Source of the DNA: an uncultured bacterium
Lineage (GTDB): Bacteria > Patescibacteriota > Saccharimonadia > Saccharimonadales > Saccharimonadaceae
NCBI GenBank assembly: GCA_916438495.1
Contig: CAKAEX010000001.1
Coordinates: 467,771 to 531,770, forward strand
DNA length: 64,000 nt
Direction of reading: 5' to 3'
A model generated the notes under the pieces. The model searched no databases and was not told the DNA's origin. It saw only the letters and a program-made list of their open reading frames with translations. How positions within the stretch are numbered: the first letter of the stretch is position 1; each line of letters begins with the position of its first letter. The position numbers and the translations under genes are program-made. Positions 38,330 through 50,388 of this stretch are shown here, in pieces.

Positions 38330-39859
38330 ATGAACGAAGAACAAGCCTATTTAGAAAAAATCGGGAAGCTTATTCAAGAATCCCGCCTGCACAAGAATTT
38401 AACTCAAGTTGAGCTTGCTGAAAAAATTGGTACCTCACAAAGCGCAATCAACCGAATTGAAAGCGGTAAGCAAAATATAACTATTGAAATGCTTGCAAGG
38501 ATTTCAGAAGAACTTTCGAGCGAAATTATATCTGTTAATTCAAATAAGAAAACTAATTTTCGTGTTCATGGCGGTCACGAACTTTCTGGTGAAATTGAAG
38601 TTAAAACCTCAAAAAATGCCGCCGTCGCTCTACTTTGTGCTTCTCTTTTAAATAAAGGAAAAACGATTCTTCGCCGCGTTGCTCGAATTGAAGAAGTTAA
38701 TCGAATTATTGAAGTTTTAAATTCGATTGGTGTAAAAACTAAATGGCTAAATGATGAAAATGATCTCGAAATTACACCTCCTAAAGAATTATCTTTCGAA
38801 AATATGAATATTGAATCTGCTAAAAGAACACGCAGTATTCTAATGTTTCTTGGTCCACTTCTTCACCAATATTTAGACTTTGAAATACCTTTTTCTGGTG
38901 GGTGCAATTTAGGAACACGTACAGTTGAGCCACACCTTTCTGGATTAAGGTATTTTGGTGCAAATGTTACAGCACAAACTGATTTTTACAAAGTTTCGAA
39001 CAAACCAAAAAAAGTTGAGAAGCCAATACTCTTAACTGAACGTGGAGACACAACAACCGAAAATATAATTATGGCCGCAGCACTTTCCGGTCAAGAAATT
39101 ACAATTCGAAATGCTAGCCCAAATTATATGGTGCAAGATTTATGTTTCTTTCTTGAAGAGCTTGGCGTTAAAATTGAAGGAATTGGAACAACAACCTTAA
39201 AAGTTCATGGATTAACAAAAATTGAGAAAGATGTTGAATATTATGTAAGCGAAGATCCTATTGAATCTTTAACTTTCGTGGCGGTTGCACTGGTTACAAA
39301 TTCTGAAATTACTATCAAACGTGCGCCAATCGAATTCAACGAACTTGAACTTGCAACCCTCGAACAAATGGGCGCGAATTTTGAAATTAGCCCCGAATAT
39401 CTTTCGAAAAATAAAAAAACGCGCCTTGTGAATATCAAAGTTAAAAAATCAAAACTTCATGCCGCAAAAGATAAAATTCACGCGCTACCATTTCCTGGTA
39501 TAAATATGGACAATTTACCTTTTCTCGGGTTAATTGCAACTGTCGCGGAAGGTCGAACCTTGATTCATGACTGGAGCTACGAAAACCGTGCAATTTATTT
39601 CACCGAGCTCTCCAAGCTAAATGCCAAAATTGAACTTGTTGATCCGCATCGTGTTTATATTTCTGGCCCAACAAAATGGAAGCCTGCAGACGTTATTGCG
39701 CCAAGCGCCCTTCGCCCAAGTGTTGTAGTTTTAATCGCAATGCTCGCTGCGCCAGGAATTTCAACCTTGCGAGATGTTTACAATATTAATCGCGGCTACG
39801 AAGATTTTGCAGAAAGATTAAATTCACTCGGCGCAAAGATCGAAACTTTATTTTCATAG
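38330..39859 (+). CDS. murA: UDP-N-acetylglucosamine 1-carboxyvinyltransferase fused to N-terminal XRE HTH
   Basis: LTQVELAEKIGTSQSAINRIESG HTH; KNAAV, GGCNLGTR, RGYE MurA motifs. Confidence 0.92.
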   Translation: MNEEQAYLEKIGKLIQESRLHKNLTQVELAEKIGTSQSAINRIESGKQNITIEMLARISEELSSEIISVNSNKKTNFRVHGGHELSGEIEVKTSKNAAVALLCASLLNKGKTILRRVARIEEVNRIIEVLNSIGVKTKWLNDENDLEITPPKELSFENMNIESAKRTRSILMFLGPLLHQYLDFEIPFSGGCNLGTRTVEPHLSGLRYFGANVTAQTDFYKVSNKPKKVEKPILLTERGDTTTENIIMAAALSGQEITIRNASPNYMVQDLCFFLEELGVKIEGIGTTTLKVHGLTKIEKDVEYYVSEDPIESLTFVAVALVTNSEITIKRAPIEFNELELATLEQMGANFEISPEYLSKNKKTRLVNIKVKKSKLHAAKDKIHALPFPGINMDNLPFLGLIATVAEGRTLIHDWSYENRAIYFTELSKLNAKIELVDPHRVYISGPTKWKPADVIAPSALRPSVVVLIAMLAAPGISTLRDVYNINRGYEDFAERLNSLGAKIETLFS

Positions 39860-39891
39860 TTAAAAAGACTCCCGGAAATCGGGAGTTATTT

Positions 39892-40311
39892 TTAGCTGAA
39901 TTCGAGATAGCCTTTATTTTCTGTGCGATATTTTATCGCATTTTTTCGGACAATATTTACAACAAGAAACTTAAATGTTATATTATCTTCAAGTTTTCTG
40001 ATAAGATAGCCCGTAAATTTAAGGTTGAACTTTGTACAAGAAAATCCACTTGGTTTTTCACCGTTTAAAATTTCGAAGATTGTTAGAAGTTCAATATCGA
40101 CATCAGAGCTTTCCACTCCACAGTCCTCTTCGAGCAGAACTTCGGCAGCCTGAACTAGTGAACTTTTAATCGCCTCTAAGAGATTATTCTCATTTTGATC
40201 ATCAAGACTACTGCAAAAGCTTGGGTGGTGAGCCCTAAAACAATCAAGAGTATCTTGAAAAGCCTCATCCATCTTTTTTGATATAAATTCTGTAAGGTTC
40301 AACTTTACCAT
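39892..40311 (-). CDS. Hypothetical protein
   Basis: AAGGAGGT RBS before ATG at 40311; intact ORF. Confidence 0.65.
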   Translation of the reverse strand: MVKLNLTEFISKKMDEAFQDTLDCFRAHHPSFCSSLDDQNENNLLEAIKSSLVQAAEVLLEEDCGVESSDVDIELLTIFEILNGEKPSGFSCTKFNLKFTGYLIRKLEDNITFKFLVVNIVRKNAIKYRTENKGYLEFS

Positions 40312-40406
40312 ATTATATACCTCCTTGGTAAAAAATCTATCTAATACTATATCATACTTTAAAATTTTGGTCAAATAAAAAAAAGAGCCTTAAGCTCGAA
40401 TTTACT

Positions 40407-40484
40407 TGGGGCGAATGATGGGGTTCGAACCCACGGCCTCCGGTGCCACAAACCAGCGCTCTAACCAGCTGAGCTACATCCGCC
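40407..40484 (-). tRNA. tRNA-His(GTG)
   Basis: Encoded G-1 with C73 discriminator, TTGTGGC anticodon loop, encoded CCA. Confidence 0.95.
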
Positions 40485-40528
40485 ATAACTTCAACCATTT
40501 TAACACATAAAAACTCGAAAATCAAGCT

Positions 40529-40996
40529 TTAAAATTTTGGCTTAATTTGCGGGCGAAAACTTCGCACAACATTTTGAGAGCTTGAAGTTTGTGAGCTGTA
40601 AAAACCCGTCATTCCGGTTTGCTGAACCTCGCTAAAACCACTTTTCGTCATTCTCATTTCTGTTGATTGGTTAATTTGACCATTCAAAAGTGTATTTTTT
40701 TGCCTATTTAAATTTTGCTGAAAATAATTTGAAGCCCTTTCTTCTCTTTTGGCTCTAATCTGATCAAGAGCCGATCTTGAACTTTCCATTTTAGTTTTTT
40801 GTGCCATCCTTAATTGACCAAGTTGAGAATCTCGATATGAGCGTACTTTCGAATTTCTATAATCAATTGATTGTCGCTGTGCAAAACTTTGTGAGCTTGC
40901 AGCACCAATTCTTCCACCAGACTGAGCTTTAGCGTATCCGCTAGAGTGAGCAACTTCTTCAAGACTTGATTTTACAACATAATCATTTAATTTCAT
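40529..40996 (-). CDS. Hypothetical basic, Ser/Gln-rich protein
   Basis: Intact 155-aa ORF. Confidence 0.65.
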   Translation of the reverse strand: MKLNDYVVKSSLEEVAHSSGYAKAQSGGRIGAASSQSFAQRQSIDYRNSKVRSYRDSQLGQLRMAQKTKMESSRSALDQIRAKREERASNYFQQNLNRQKNTLLNGQINQSTEMRMTKSGFSEVQQTGMTGFYSSQTSSSQNVVRSFRPQIKPKF

Positions 40997-41075
40997 AATA
41001 CTATATTAGCATAAACACATTATTTTTTCAAAAAAGTCTTGCTTTTATAAAAAATGTTTGCTATAATAATCTCAT

Positions 41076-41150
41076 GCGGGCGTCGTATAACGGCTAATAT
41101 ACCTGCCTTCCAAGCAAGTGATGAGAGTTCGATTCTCTCCGCCCGCACCA
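41076..41150 (+). tRNA. tRNA-Gly(TCC)
   Basis: GCGGGCG...CTTCCAA...GTTCGATTC...CGCCCGCACCA. Confidence 0.94.
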
Positions 41151-41261
41151 TTTGATCTTTTTTTGTTTTAGCATAAGCCTCCATTTTCTGGAGGTTTTTG
41201 CTTTTAGAAAAATAATCATATAGACTTTTTTCAAAAAACTTGATATAATTGTTTTAGGTAC

Positions 41262-41339
41262 GCCCCCGTAGCTCAGTGGATTAGAGTAAGAGGTTTCTAC
41301 CCTCCCTGGCCGTAGGTTCGAGTCCTACCGGGGGTACCA
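41262..41339 (+). tRNA. tRNA-Arg(TCT)
   Basis: GCCCCCGTAGCTCAGTGGATTAGAG...TTTCTAC...GGTTCGAGTCC...ACCA. Confidence 0.92.
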
Positions 41340-41353
41340 AATTATTTTATTTT

Positions 41354-41895
41354 ATGGAAATTATTTTTTTGCTAAATATTATTTATTCTCAGCATAATTA
41401 TTATAGCTTTTCTTTTTAACTATATTTTTTTGGCGCACCGTATGCCCCAACACATAAATCAGATCTTTTTCAAACTCTTCAAAACAATAAATTTTTTTCT
41501 AAAGAAGACGTCCTCGTAGATATCGGTTCTGGTGATGGAGTTGTTTTTAAAAAGTCGTAAACAATTTTTAATGCAAAAGCTATCGGTTTTTGAAATTAAC
41601 CCTTTTCTGGTTATAATTTCAAAAATTAAACTTAGAAAACAGCAAAACTGCCAAATTTATCTTAAAAAAATTTTTTTAGAAAGCCTTCCCGATTTCAAAC
41701 ATTACCGTATTCTATACTTTTTGGCCACGCCGAGAGGATTAAAAAAATGCTAAAAGCTTGCTCAAATTCAGGCAAATTTTTTTAAAAAAATACCTCCACT
41801 TTTTTTATTAACTATGGTTTCGAAATTAAAAAAATTTAAAAACCTTTTTAAAATATCAGGCACACATTATATTTACAAAATTCAGCCAAAAAAAT
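41354..41895 (+). CDS. Membrane-anchored class I SAM-dependent methyltransferase (heavily frameshifted)
   Basis: N-terminal hydrophobic stretch, GAPYAPT, VDIGSGDGVV, FEINP fragments. Confidence 0.65.
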
Positions 41896-41944
41896 AATCA
41901 AAAAGTCTTTTTTTCACGATTAAATATGCTATAATGTGAATATT

Positions 41945-42021
41945 GGGCCAGTAGCTCAGCCGGTTAGAGCACCTGCCTCTTAAGCAGGGTGTCGAGGGTT
42001 CGAGCCCCTCCTGGCCCTCCA
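41945..42021 (+). tRNA. tRNA-Lys(CTT)
   Basis: GGGCCAGTAGCTCAG...CTCTTAA...GGTTCGAGCCC...TCCA. Confidence 0.96.
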
Positions 42022-42079
42022 AAATTTGAAAAAAATAAATCAGCAAGAATATCTATCTGCTGATTTTTTTATTTTTATA

Positions 42080-44468
42080 TTAGCTTTGTCGAACTATCTC
42101 TGGAGTAATTTCAATACTCGAACCAGCTTGAGCTTCGCCGGAAAGCATTTTTTTCGTGCAATAGTATTTTTCCACAACTCGCTGAATAACTCTTCTCATT
42201 GGTCGAGCACCAAGTTTTGGATCATATCCTAAATTTGCAAGCAATATTTTAGCTTCTGGCGTAACAGAAACTGTAATTTTTTGGCCAGCAAGAGTTTTAT
42301 TTACTCCAAAAATCATTAAATCAATAATTTGCATCAGATTTTCTTTTTGTGAGTGGTTCGAAAACGACAATTTCATCAAAACGGTTCAGAAATTCAGGGC
42401 GAAATTCACGACTTGCAATTAAGTCATTTACAATAATTTCTTCAGCACTTGTCGAATCGTAACCACGAGAAATTAACTCTTGAATTCGCTCAGAACCAGC
42501 ATTTGATGTTGCAATAATAATCGCATCTCGAAATGAAACCTCACGGTTTTTTTCATCCCTCAAAATACCTTCATCTAAAACCTGCAAAAGAGCAGTTAGA
42601 ACATTTGGGTGAGCTTTTTCAATTTCATCCAAAAGAACAACTGAGAAAGGCTTTTTCATCATTTGAGCAGTTAGAGAACTTGCATCACGCGCGCCATCCG
42701 CGATCAATCTTGAGACATCTTCAAGATTTACAAACTCATTTAGATCAAGACGAACAATATTATTTTCACCATTAAAATAAACTTCTGAAAGTGCCTTCGA
42801 AAGCTCTGTTTTACCAACTCCAGTTGGGCCAAGAAATAGAAATGTTCCAATCGGTCTGTTTTGGTTTCGAACACCAGTTCTCGCACGGCGCAAAGCATTT
42901 GCCACAGCCGAGACTGCTTTTTCCTGGCCAACCATTCTGGCGTGTAATAAATCTTCAAGGTTCAATAAAGTTTCTTTCTCTTCATTAACATTTGCAGTGG
43001 CGATTTTTACATTCATTGTTTGCTCAATCGCTTTTTCAACTGAGCTCGCCGTTACAATTTTATTATCAGCAAACCCTGCCGCCATTTCTAATAAGCGAAC
43101 TGCCCGCCCTGGCATTTCTAAATCAAAAATATATCTTTCACTTAGCTTAAAAGCTTCTTTAAGCGCTTGAAATTGATAAAACACGCCATTTTGATGTTCG
43201 AAAATTAACAACTTATCTTGCATAACCGCCAATGTTTCATCATAATTAGCTGGTTTAACATGCAACCTATTCATTGCCTGAGCAAGTGCTGGGTTCTTTG
43301 CTGAAATTTGCAAAAATCTCTGTTCGTCAAGAGTTAAGATTAACCTTAAGGCACCAGCCTGAATAATAGGAAGGAGTAAATTCGAAACATCAACCGAACC
43401 AACACCATCTTCAAAAAATAGCTGAGCATTATCAAGACAAATAATTATATTTTTAGCAGCATAGGCTTCGTTCAAAACATAATTCAGCAAATTTTCTATT
43501 TCACCCCGCCCTGGTGCTGCCGCAATCAAAGATGCGGCGTCAAGAGAAACAACCTGTCTAAATTTTAAATTTGAAGGGATTTTCTCACTACCATTTGCAA
43601 TTTTTGCAGCGAAAGAATTTACAACAGTAGTTTTACCAACGCCATCAGCACCAATTAAGGCAATATTCTGTTTTCCATTACCGCTGAACTGTTCAACCAT
43701 TTTCGAAACTAAATCTTTATGTTGCTCTAAATTTGAAGACATTAAAATATTGTTCGAAACCTGATTTGTAATATTCACTCCAAAACGATTCAAAGTTGGC
43801 GTATAGCCAAACGACCAATCGCGGGCAATTCCACCAGTTTTAATTGGAATTTTAGATTGACTTATTAGTGAAAAAATATGATCATGCCACAAAACACCAC
43901 GCTCTAAATCTTCAAAGTCAAGATAAAACTGCGCAAGAAGCGTTTCATAATTCGGAAAATTTCGAATTATTGCAAGAGCTAGAACCGAACCAGAAACGGT
44001 TTTAGTTTTTAACTTTTGCTGAATTTGCAGTGCGGTTTGAAAAATATTTTCAGGCGAATTTTGCGGAATCTGAGACAAACTCTCAATCGTAGTTTTTCCA
44101 AGTCCAAAACGTGAAATAATGAACTTTCCACCAGAACTTTCTAAAACTACTTTCGCAATCTGCTCGCTTGTTGGATTTTTCGAAAGCTTTCCTAAAATAT
44201 TACTAGCTAACTGCCCTTCAATATTTAATTCTTTTTGATGGCTCCAACCTATGAAGTTCCCCATTCCACCAATGAATTAAAAATTGTAATTATTAATGAA
44301 AATGCTAAAATTAACCAGCCAAGAGCCGAATCCATTAAAAATTAAACAAAAATCCGCTCAAAGTTCCAACAATTTTCAAAAATCTTAAGTAGAAATAAAA
44401 AAATCCCCTAAGCCCATTCATTAAACGAGATTTTTTTGCGCGCAAATTATTATAATCAAAAAAATCAT
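42080..44468 (-). CDS. ClpA/B-like double AAA+ ATPase with N-terminal membrane segments (frameshifted at both ends)
   Basis: GADGVGKT, MPGRAV, FLFLGPTGVGKTE, LLDEIEKAHP, FRPEFLNRFD, GARPMRR. Confidence 0.88.
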
Positions 44469-44519
44469 AAGAACCAACTCCTTTTTTTGTTTTAATTGGT
44501 TTAACTTCTTTTGATGGAA

Positions 44520-44958
44520 TATTTTTTTGCCAATTTTTTTAAAATCATCCTTAATTTTTTTGGAATAATTTTTTTGGTGTCCAACCAGTTGTAAAAAAAT
44601 TACAGCAAGGATAATCGGTAAAACCGGTGAAATTAACCATAAAATTAACATTACTAAGCCCCAAATTGCTTTAAAGCTAATAAAAAAAATATACCAATTA
44701 TCATTATTATTGTTCGCAAAAAAGCACCAATAAACCGAGAAAAGAGCTTATCAAAAGACTTCTTAATTCGAACTTCAATCGAAGCGTTCGAAACACCTAA
44801 AGCATCAATTTGTCGAAAAAGGCGCAAACCAAGTTTTTTTATTAAAAAGACCGAGCGAAAAAAAGTATCAATCGAGCGTTCGACTCCATCTAAAAATCTT
44901 CTCAGTACGCCAAGCTAGCCCTTTCCCATACCACCAAGTTAAAAAAAGACATAAACAT
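44520..44958 (-). CDS. Small membrane protein upstream of the Clp ATPase (frameshifted; end approximate)
   Basis: Reconstructed LTWWYGKG...WFAPFRQIDA...DKLFSRFIGA followed by TMs. Confidence 0.6.
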
Positions 44959-45085
44959 AATTAAATTATACACTAAAAAAATATTTTTTTCGCAATTTTG
45001 AAATTTGCTTTTTTTATGATAAAATGGATTTAGGCATTGTATTGCTTTTTGATTTTTTTAACTATTTATTGATGAAAGGAAAAAT

Positions 45086-46591
45086 ATGGAAATAATTATA
45101 GCTACGCTTGGCGTTTTGTTTGGCGGTGGTAGCGCTTTTGCATATCAAAAAGTAAAAACCGCAAATGCAAAAAATAATTCAGATAAAATTATTGCTGAAG
45201 CCCGAAAAAAATCAGCTGTAATCTTAGAACGTGCAAATGAAAAAGCCTTAAAAATTACTGAAAAGGCTAACGAAGATGAGTCAGAACGGAGAAAAGAAAT
45301 TCGAAAAACTGAAAATCGCCTTGCAGAACGAGAAGAATCTCTCGACCGAAAGCTCGATCAGATTGATTTACGAACCGAGAAACTTCGAAACAATGAGCTT
45401 GAAGTTGAAAAACTCAAAAATGAGATTAAAGAAATTCGCAAAAAGCAAGATGAAAAACTTGAAAAAATCGCGAAGCTTTCAAAAAAAGAAGCGGCTGAAA
45501 AAATTATGAAAATTGCCGAAAGAAATATAGCTCAAGATATGGTTAATCTAGTTGCAAAGCTCCAAAAAAATGCAACCGAAGATGCCGAAGAGCGAGCTCA
45601 GGCTATTTTAGTTTCAGCAATGGAACGAATTTCAAGCGAAGTAACGGCTGAACGAACAGTTACTGCTTTAAAACTCCCTGATGATGAAATGAAAGGTCGG
45701 ATTATCGGCAAAGAAGGTCGAAATATTCAAGCACTTCAGCGCGAAACTGGTGTAGATATCTTGGTTGATGATACTCCTGGAATGGTTGTTCTTTCAAGTT
45801 TTGACCCTGTTCGCCGCCAAGTTGCACGACTTTCACTCGAGCTTTTAATGAAAGACGGACGAATCAATCCGGCAAGAATCGAAGAAGTTGTTGAAAAAGC
45901 TGAACGTGAAATAAATAAGGAAATTAATCGTGCTGGTGAAGATGCTGCTCGTGAAGTGGGACTTTCAGGTTTACCACATGAAATGTTGCGACTACTTGGC
46001 GAATTAAAGTTTCGAACAAGTTATGGCCAGAATGTTTTAAAACATTCAACAGAAATGGCTAATGTTGCAGGCTTAATTGCCGAAGAAATTGGTGCAAATG
46101 TTAAAATTGCAAAAACTGCTGCGCTCTTCCACGACATCGGAAAGGCCGTAACCCATAAGATTGAAGGAAAACACGCTCAAATAGGTGCTGAACTTGCCGA
46201 AAAATATGGAATGGATCCCCGAGTCGTAAACGCAATTGCAGCACACCATGAAGATGTCGAAGCTACAACAGTTGAGGCAATTATTGTTAAAATAACTGAC
46301 GCAATGAGTGCCTCTCGACCAGGAACTCGAAACGCTTCTGCTGAAAACTTTGTAGAGAGAATGCGCGAGCTTGAGAATGTTGCAACTAGCTTTAAGGGAA
46401 TAAATAAGGCTTATGCTATTTCGGCTGGTAGAGAGATCCGTGTAATAGTTTCACCAGAATCTATCGACGATCTTTCCGCAATAAAAATGGCACGAGATAT
46501 TGCGGATAAAATTGAAAGCACAATGCAATATCCAGGCGTAATCAAAGTTAATATAATTCGTGAAACACGCGCAATCGAATATGCAAAATAA
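45086..46591 (+). CDS. rny: Ribonuclease Y
   Basis: N-terminal TM, coiled coil, KGRIIGKEGRNI KH domain, HDIGK HD domain, AISAGREIRV. Confidence 0.97.
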   Translation: MEIIIATLGVLFGGGSAFAYQKVKTANAKNNSDKIIAEARKKSAVILERANEKALKITEKANEDESERRKEIRKTENRLAEREESLDRKLDQIDLRTEKLRNNELEVEKLKNEIKEIRKKQDEKLEKIAKLSKKEAAEKIMKIAERNIAQDMVNLVAKLQKNATEDAEERAQAILVSAMERISSEVTAERTVTALKLPDDEMKGRIIGKEGRNIQALQRETGVDILVDDTPGMVVLSSFDPVRRQVARLSLELLMKDGRINPARIEEVVEKAEREINKEINRAGEDAAREVGLSGLPHEMLRLLGELKFRTSYGQNVLKHSTEMANVAGLIAEEIGANVKIAKTAALFHDIGKAVTHKIEGKHAQIGAELAEKYGMDPRVVNAIAAHHEDVEATTVEAIIVKITDAMSASRPGTRNASAENFVERMRELENVATSFKGINKAYAISAGREIRVIVSPESIDDLSAIKMARDIADKIESTMQYPGVIKVNIIRETRAIEYAK

Positions 46592-46608
46592 TAATTTCAA
46601 AATATAAT

Positions 46609-46635
46609 AAAATAGCCTTCATAAAAGGCTATTTT
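46609..46635. terminator. Bidirectional intrinsic terminator
   Basis: AAAATAGCCTT-loop-AAGGCTATTTT. Confidence 0.75.
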
Positions 46636-46638
46636 ATA

Positions 46639-47870
46639 TTACATCTTACAGGTTAATCCACCATTTTTAATTTTAGTTGCTGAGAAATCTTTGCAAATCG
46701 GCTCATCTCCTTCAGTTTGAGCAGAAAATAAAGGAACTGGGAAATTACTATCATGGAATCCAATTCGACTTTCAATTCTTCTAAATTGACTATTTGCTCG
46801 ACCAGTTGAATCAACTTTTGGCTGAATACCTTTAAAATCTACAATATTACCGTTATTCATAAGCTCAATTTTAAATTCAGCATTATTCATTAAAGGTGTC
46901 AACCGAGCATACAGAACATCAGTTGGAGAAACATTTCGCCCAATATTTATTACCATTTCGCAAGCATAGGTATTTGAGCCAGCCCCAAGATCGTCTGAAC
47001 ATTTCGTAAAAAGTATAGTCATTGGTTGACTGTGTAGAATTTTTCGTCTCGACGAACAGTTGGTAGATTCGAACTATTCACAACTCGAGAATCTAAGCCT
47101 GAAGCAGGATAAAATAGCATTTCACTCGCACCATTTCCGTCATCTGGATAAGGTGTATCCATACTTGTTGATGAATTTCTATTATGTCCAGGAACATAAC
47201 CATATAATTGGGTTTTTAATATGGCTGGTCTATTTTTGAGCCTGCCAATCTTTCAAAAATATTAGGGCGAGCATTAGGATTATTTATTGAATCTAGCGAT
47301 ATTTTTTTGAGCCATTCGCAATATTATTTTTTTGGTGTGCCACTTAACACGAATCTGGTTAAAACTCGAAACACCTTTTTAAGCTAATAACTGAAGGCGT
47401 CCCTTCGTTACTTTGGCCTAAAAAGTCAGAAGTATCTGTTTTAATTTTTAACACAAGTATAGGCCTGGTTCAAATCTCGATCGGTATTTCCTCCACCAGA
47501 ACTTGTTGTGGTTTTGCACTATAGTTTCACCACCATTAGTGCCAATTCCGGCAGTTGCTAAAACATAACAATTACCAGACAAAATTGCCTTTGTCATTTC
47601 ACTGCAATCATATGTCTTACCTTCAAAAACTTTCTCACCAACATCTGCGCCACCGCAAGCACCTTTATAAATTCGTAAAAATCTTTTAGCATCTTCAACT
47701 CCCGCCTGAGCACTATCATAGGCACTCTGCGAAAGATCTAGCTTACTAGCCTGCTCTTGGTCTCGGAGCATAATCCGCAAAAAGCTTGCAGACATAATCG
47801 AAACCAAAATACTAACCATAATAACAATAAAGATTGAAACACCGCCTTTTTTAAACTCTCTATTTGTCAT
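46639..47870 (-). CDS. PilX/GspK-like type IV minor pilin (frameshifted)
   Basis: Class III signal peptide KKG/GVSIFIVI lacking E5; SAYDSAQAGVEDA; C-terminal VDSTGRAN...RRIE. Confidence 0.7.
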
Positions 47871-47872
47871 AT

Positions 47873-50366
47873 TTAATACCTCACCGGAAGTTCTTTAGTA
47901 TAAGTTGTAACAATTTTACCAACACTACCAGATTGAGACTGAGCCCACAAGTAGGTATCTGCCGATTGGTTAAAAATTTCAGCAGGACTAGCTAGCGTAT
48001 CTTTAGCAGTCCCATCAGAGCCAGCAGTTCGCCATAATCGCAACCCTTTCGAAGCTGTTCCACCGCGCACACGCAATTGATTGTTACAATTTTTCATATT
48101 AACGTCATTAGCATTCTGAGCACCATTAACCGCACAAGTATTTATTACCCCTTGAGCAATCAACCATGCATCAACTCTTTTTACTCCTTGGTCAATAGTA
48201 ATATCTCCGTCAGCAATAATTATAATCTGACGAAAATCTGAATCATTATTTACGGCTCTATCAGCATTCACGATATCGCCAGAAATTCGAATATTTTTAC
48301 CATATATCACTCGAGTTTGCTTATCAGCTGAAATTGAACCAAGTTGTTTGTTCGAATCGCCATAAACTTCAACTTTCGTATTCGCATCTTCGAAATTCTT
48401 TTTTGGAAATTTTGAAGAAATGTTTGAAATTAATGAATTAATACTTGATTTTCCTTGGCCAAAACTACTTTTTGAAGAATAATCTTCAATTGCCAACTTT
48501 CGCGTGCTTTGCGAAGATTCAGTTCTAAAATCTTTAATTTTCACACCCGAGAGTGCTTCATATTCAACCCAAGAACCAAGAACCCCTTGTTTAGTTGTAG
48601 ATAAACTTGTTCGAATACCTGATTTTGAATAAACGCCATTTCCCCAAAATTGAACTTTCGGCTTCTTAACTAGCTTAATACAGATTGGCGCACTATGCCG
48701 CCAGTCTAAATTCTCTCGCTCTTGCTTAACTTGTTCAGCCTGACTTTGATTTGAATTCATCTTATATGGCGAGATAGAAAGCGCCACACAATAACGGGTT
48801 CCAGCCTCGGCACCTTCTTCAATTGAAGGTATAAAGTCTGCAACTCGAGTATCTTTATTGAATTTCCCAGACCCCTCTTTAACAACACGACATTTTTCAA
48901 TTCCTTGGTAGTCTTGATAATAGAAATTAGTTGGCGAACAGGTGTCGCTATTTTTATTATCTCTCTTATTACTCTTGGTCGCAAAACCTTCTTTATCTGA
49001 AGGGACACGCCAAGTTGTAATTTTATATTTTATCGATGAGGTTTCAGTCCCGCCCCCTGGAATAAGAATTTCTTCACCGTCGTTAGGGTCGTTTGGCACC
49101 TTGCCGTTCGCAGGGATATCTAAATCATCACCCGAGCAGTTTCGAATTTTATCGATTTTAACGCAAGGAGTTATTTCAAAATCGTAAGGAACATAGATAC
49201 AAGCCTCGTTAGTAGTTTTATTATGTCTATTAACATTAACAATATCCCCAGCCGAAACTCCATATGACATTTTTGAGCATATTGTCTTTCCAGCCATATC
49301 TCTGGTTACCCTAAAGATTTCCCTATCGGTACCTACTGCATTAATCGTATCCCAAATATTACCTTGATTAATTATTGTGGGCCTACTATTCCACGAGTCT
49401 TTATTCCATCTAAAATTATAGTTGCTATTTACCGAATAATCACCACGTCCATCATTTCTGAAAGTTTGATAATGACCACTACCGCTAACACTATTTTTAT
49501 TAAAATCTTTACCTATAACTTTGTGTCTAAAAGAAACCCATTGTCCAACTTTAGCGGTTTGAGGATTAGAGCGACCATTACCTTTGAATGTTGAATCATC
49601 CGAACTAATTCTATGACTAGAATTTAAAACTGCAGCCTTAGTATCTCCTTCAACGTTAAATTTAACTGGAGCTTTGACTCTTATGGTAACTTTATGATCA
49701 TAGCAATGTCCCGGAGGTTGATTGAAAACATCATCTTCCCAGCCATAATTTATTCCTTTATAACTATGCCAACACTGCCACACCTTAAAATGTATGTAAT
49801 CTCCGTCCGAAAGTTTATCTATTTCAGATTCTTTAATAGTTATTTTGGTAGGAGGAGCAATACGACCATATTTTTTAGCTTCCAAAATAAAATCATGAAC
49901 AGCTCCTTGAGTTCTATCGCCAAAAGTAACAGGGCCATTTATTTCAAGTTTATTATAATCCAGTTCTTTCATAATCCTAATATTTGTAGCAGAAGCTCGA
50001 GCTCGACTATGACATGCAATTGCAGCAATATTAAGATAGAAACTTCTATTCTCTTTACTTACTTGGAACTCATGTTTTTCATAAATAGAACTGATAAGTT
50101 TCTTACCTTCAGGATCAGCAGATATCCAGTTTCCTGTTAATGATCTAATATCAGGCGGGTATGGGCTAAATCTTTCTTCAGTCCCATCATAGTTCTTTTC
50201 TTTAATCCATGTGTTATTCGAATTGCAAGAATCTATAAGCCTCTTAGCAACATTTTCTGGGATTTCATCAGATGCAGCGTTTGTATTCTTTTTGAAAAAA
50301 ATACAGAATTAAATACAAAAAGAAAAACAAAACAGCAAAAAAATAAAATATTAAGCTTTTTTTCAT
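47873..50366 (-). CDS. Large secreted Cys-rich protein, possible pilus-associated adhesin (frameshifted N-terminus)
   Basis: Signal-like start MKKSL at 50366; C-terminal KPKVQFWG...GSWVEY...IIIADGDITI...PAEIF...ELPVRY. Confidence 0.65.
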
Positions 50367-50388
50367 TTAGAATAAATCTCCAGCATCT

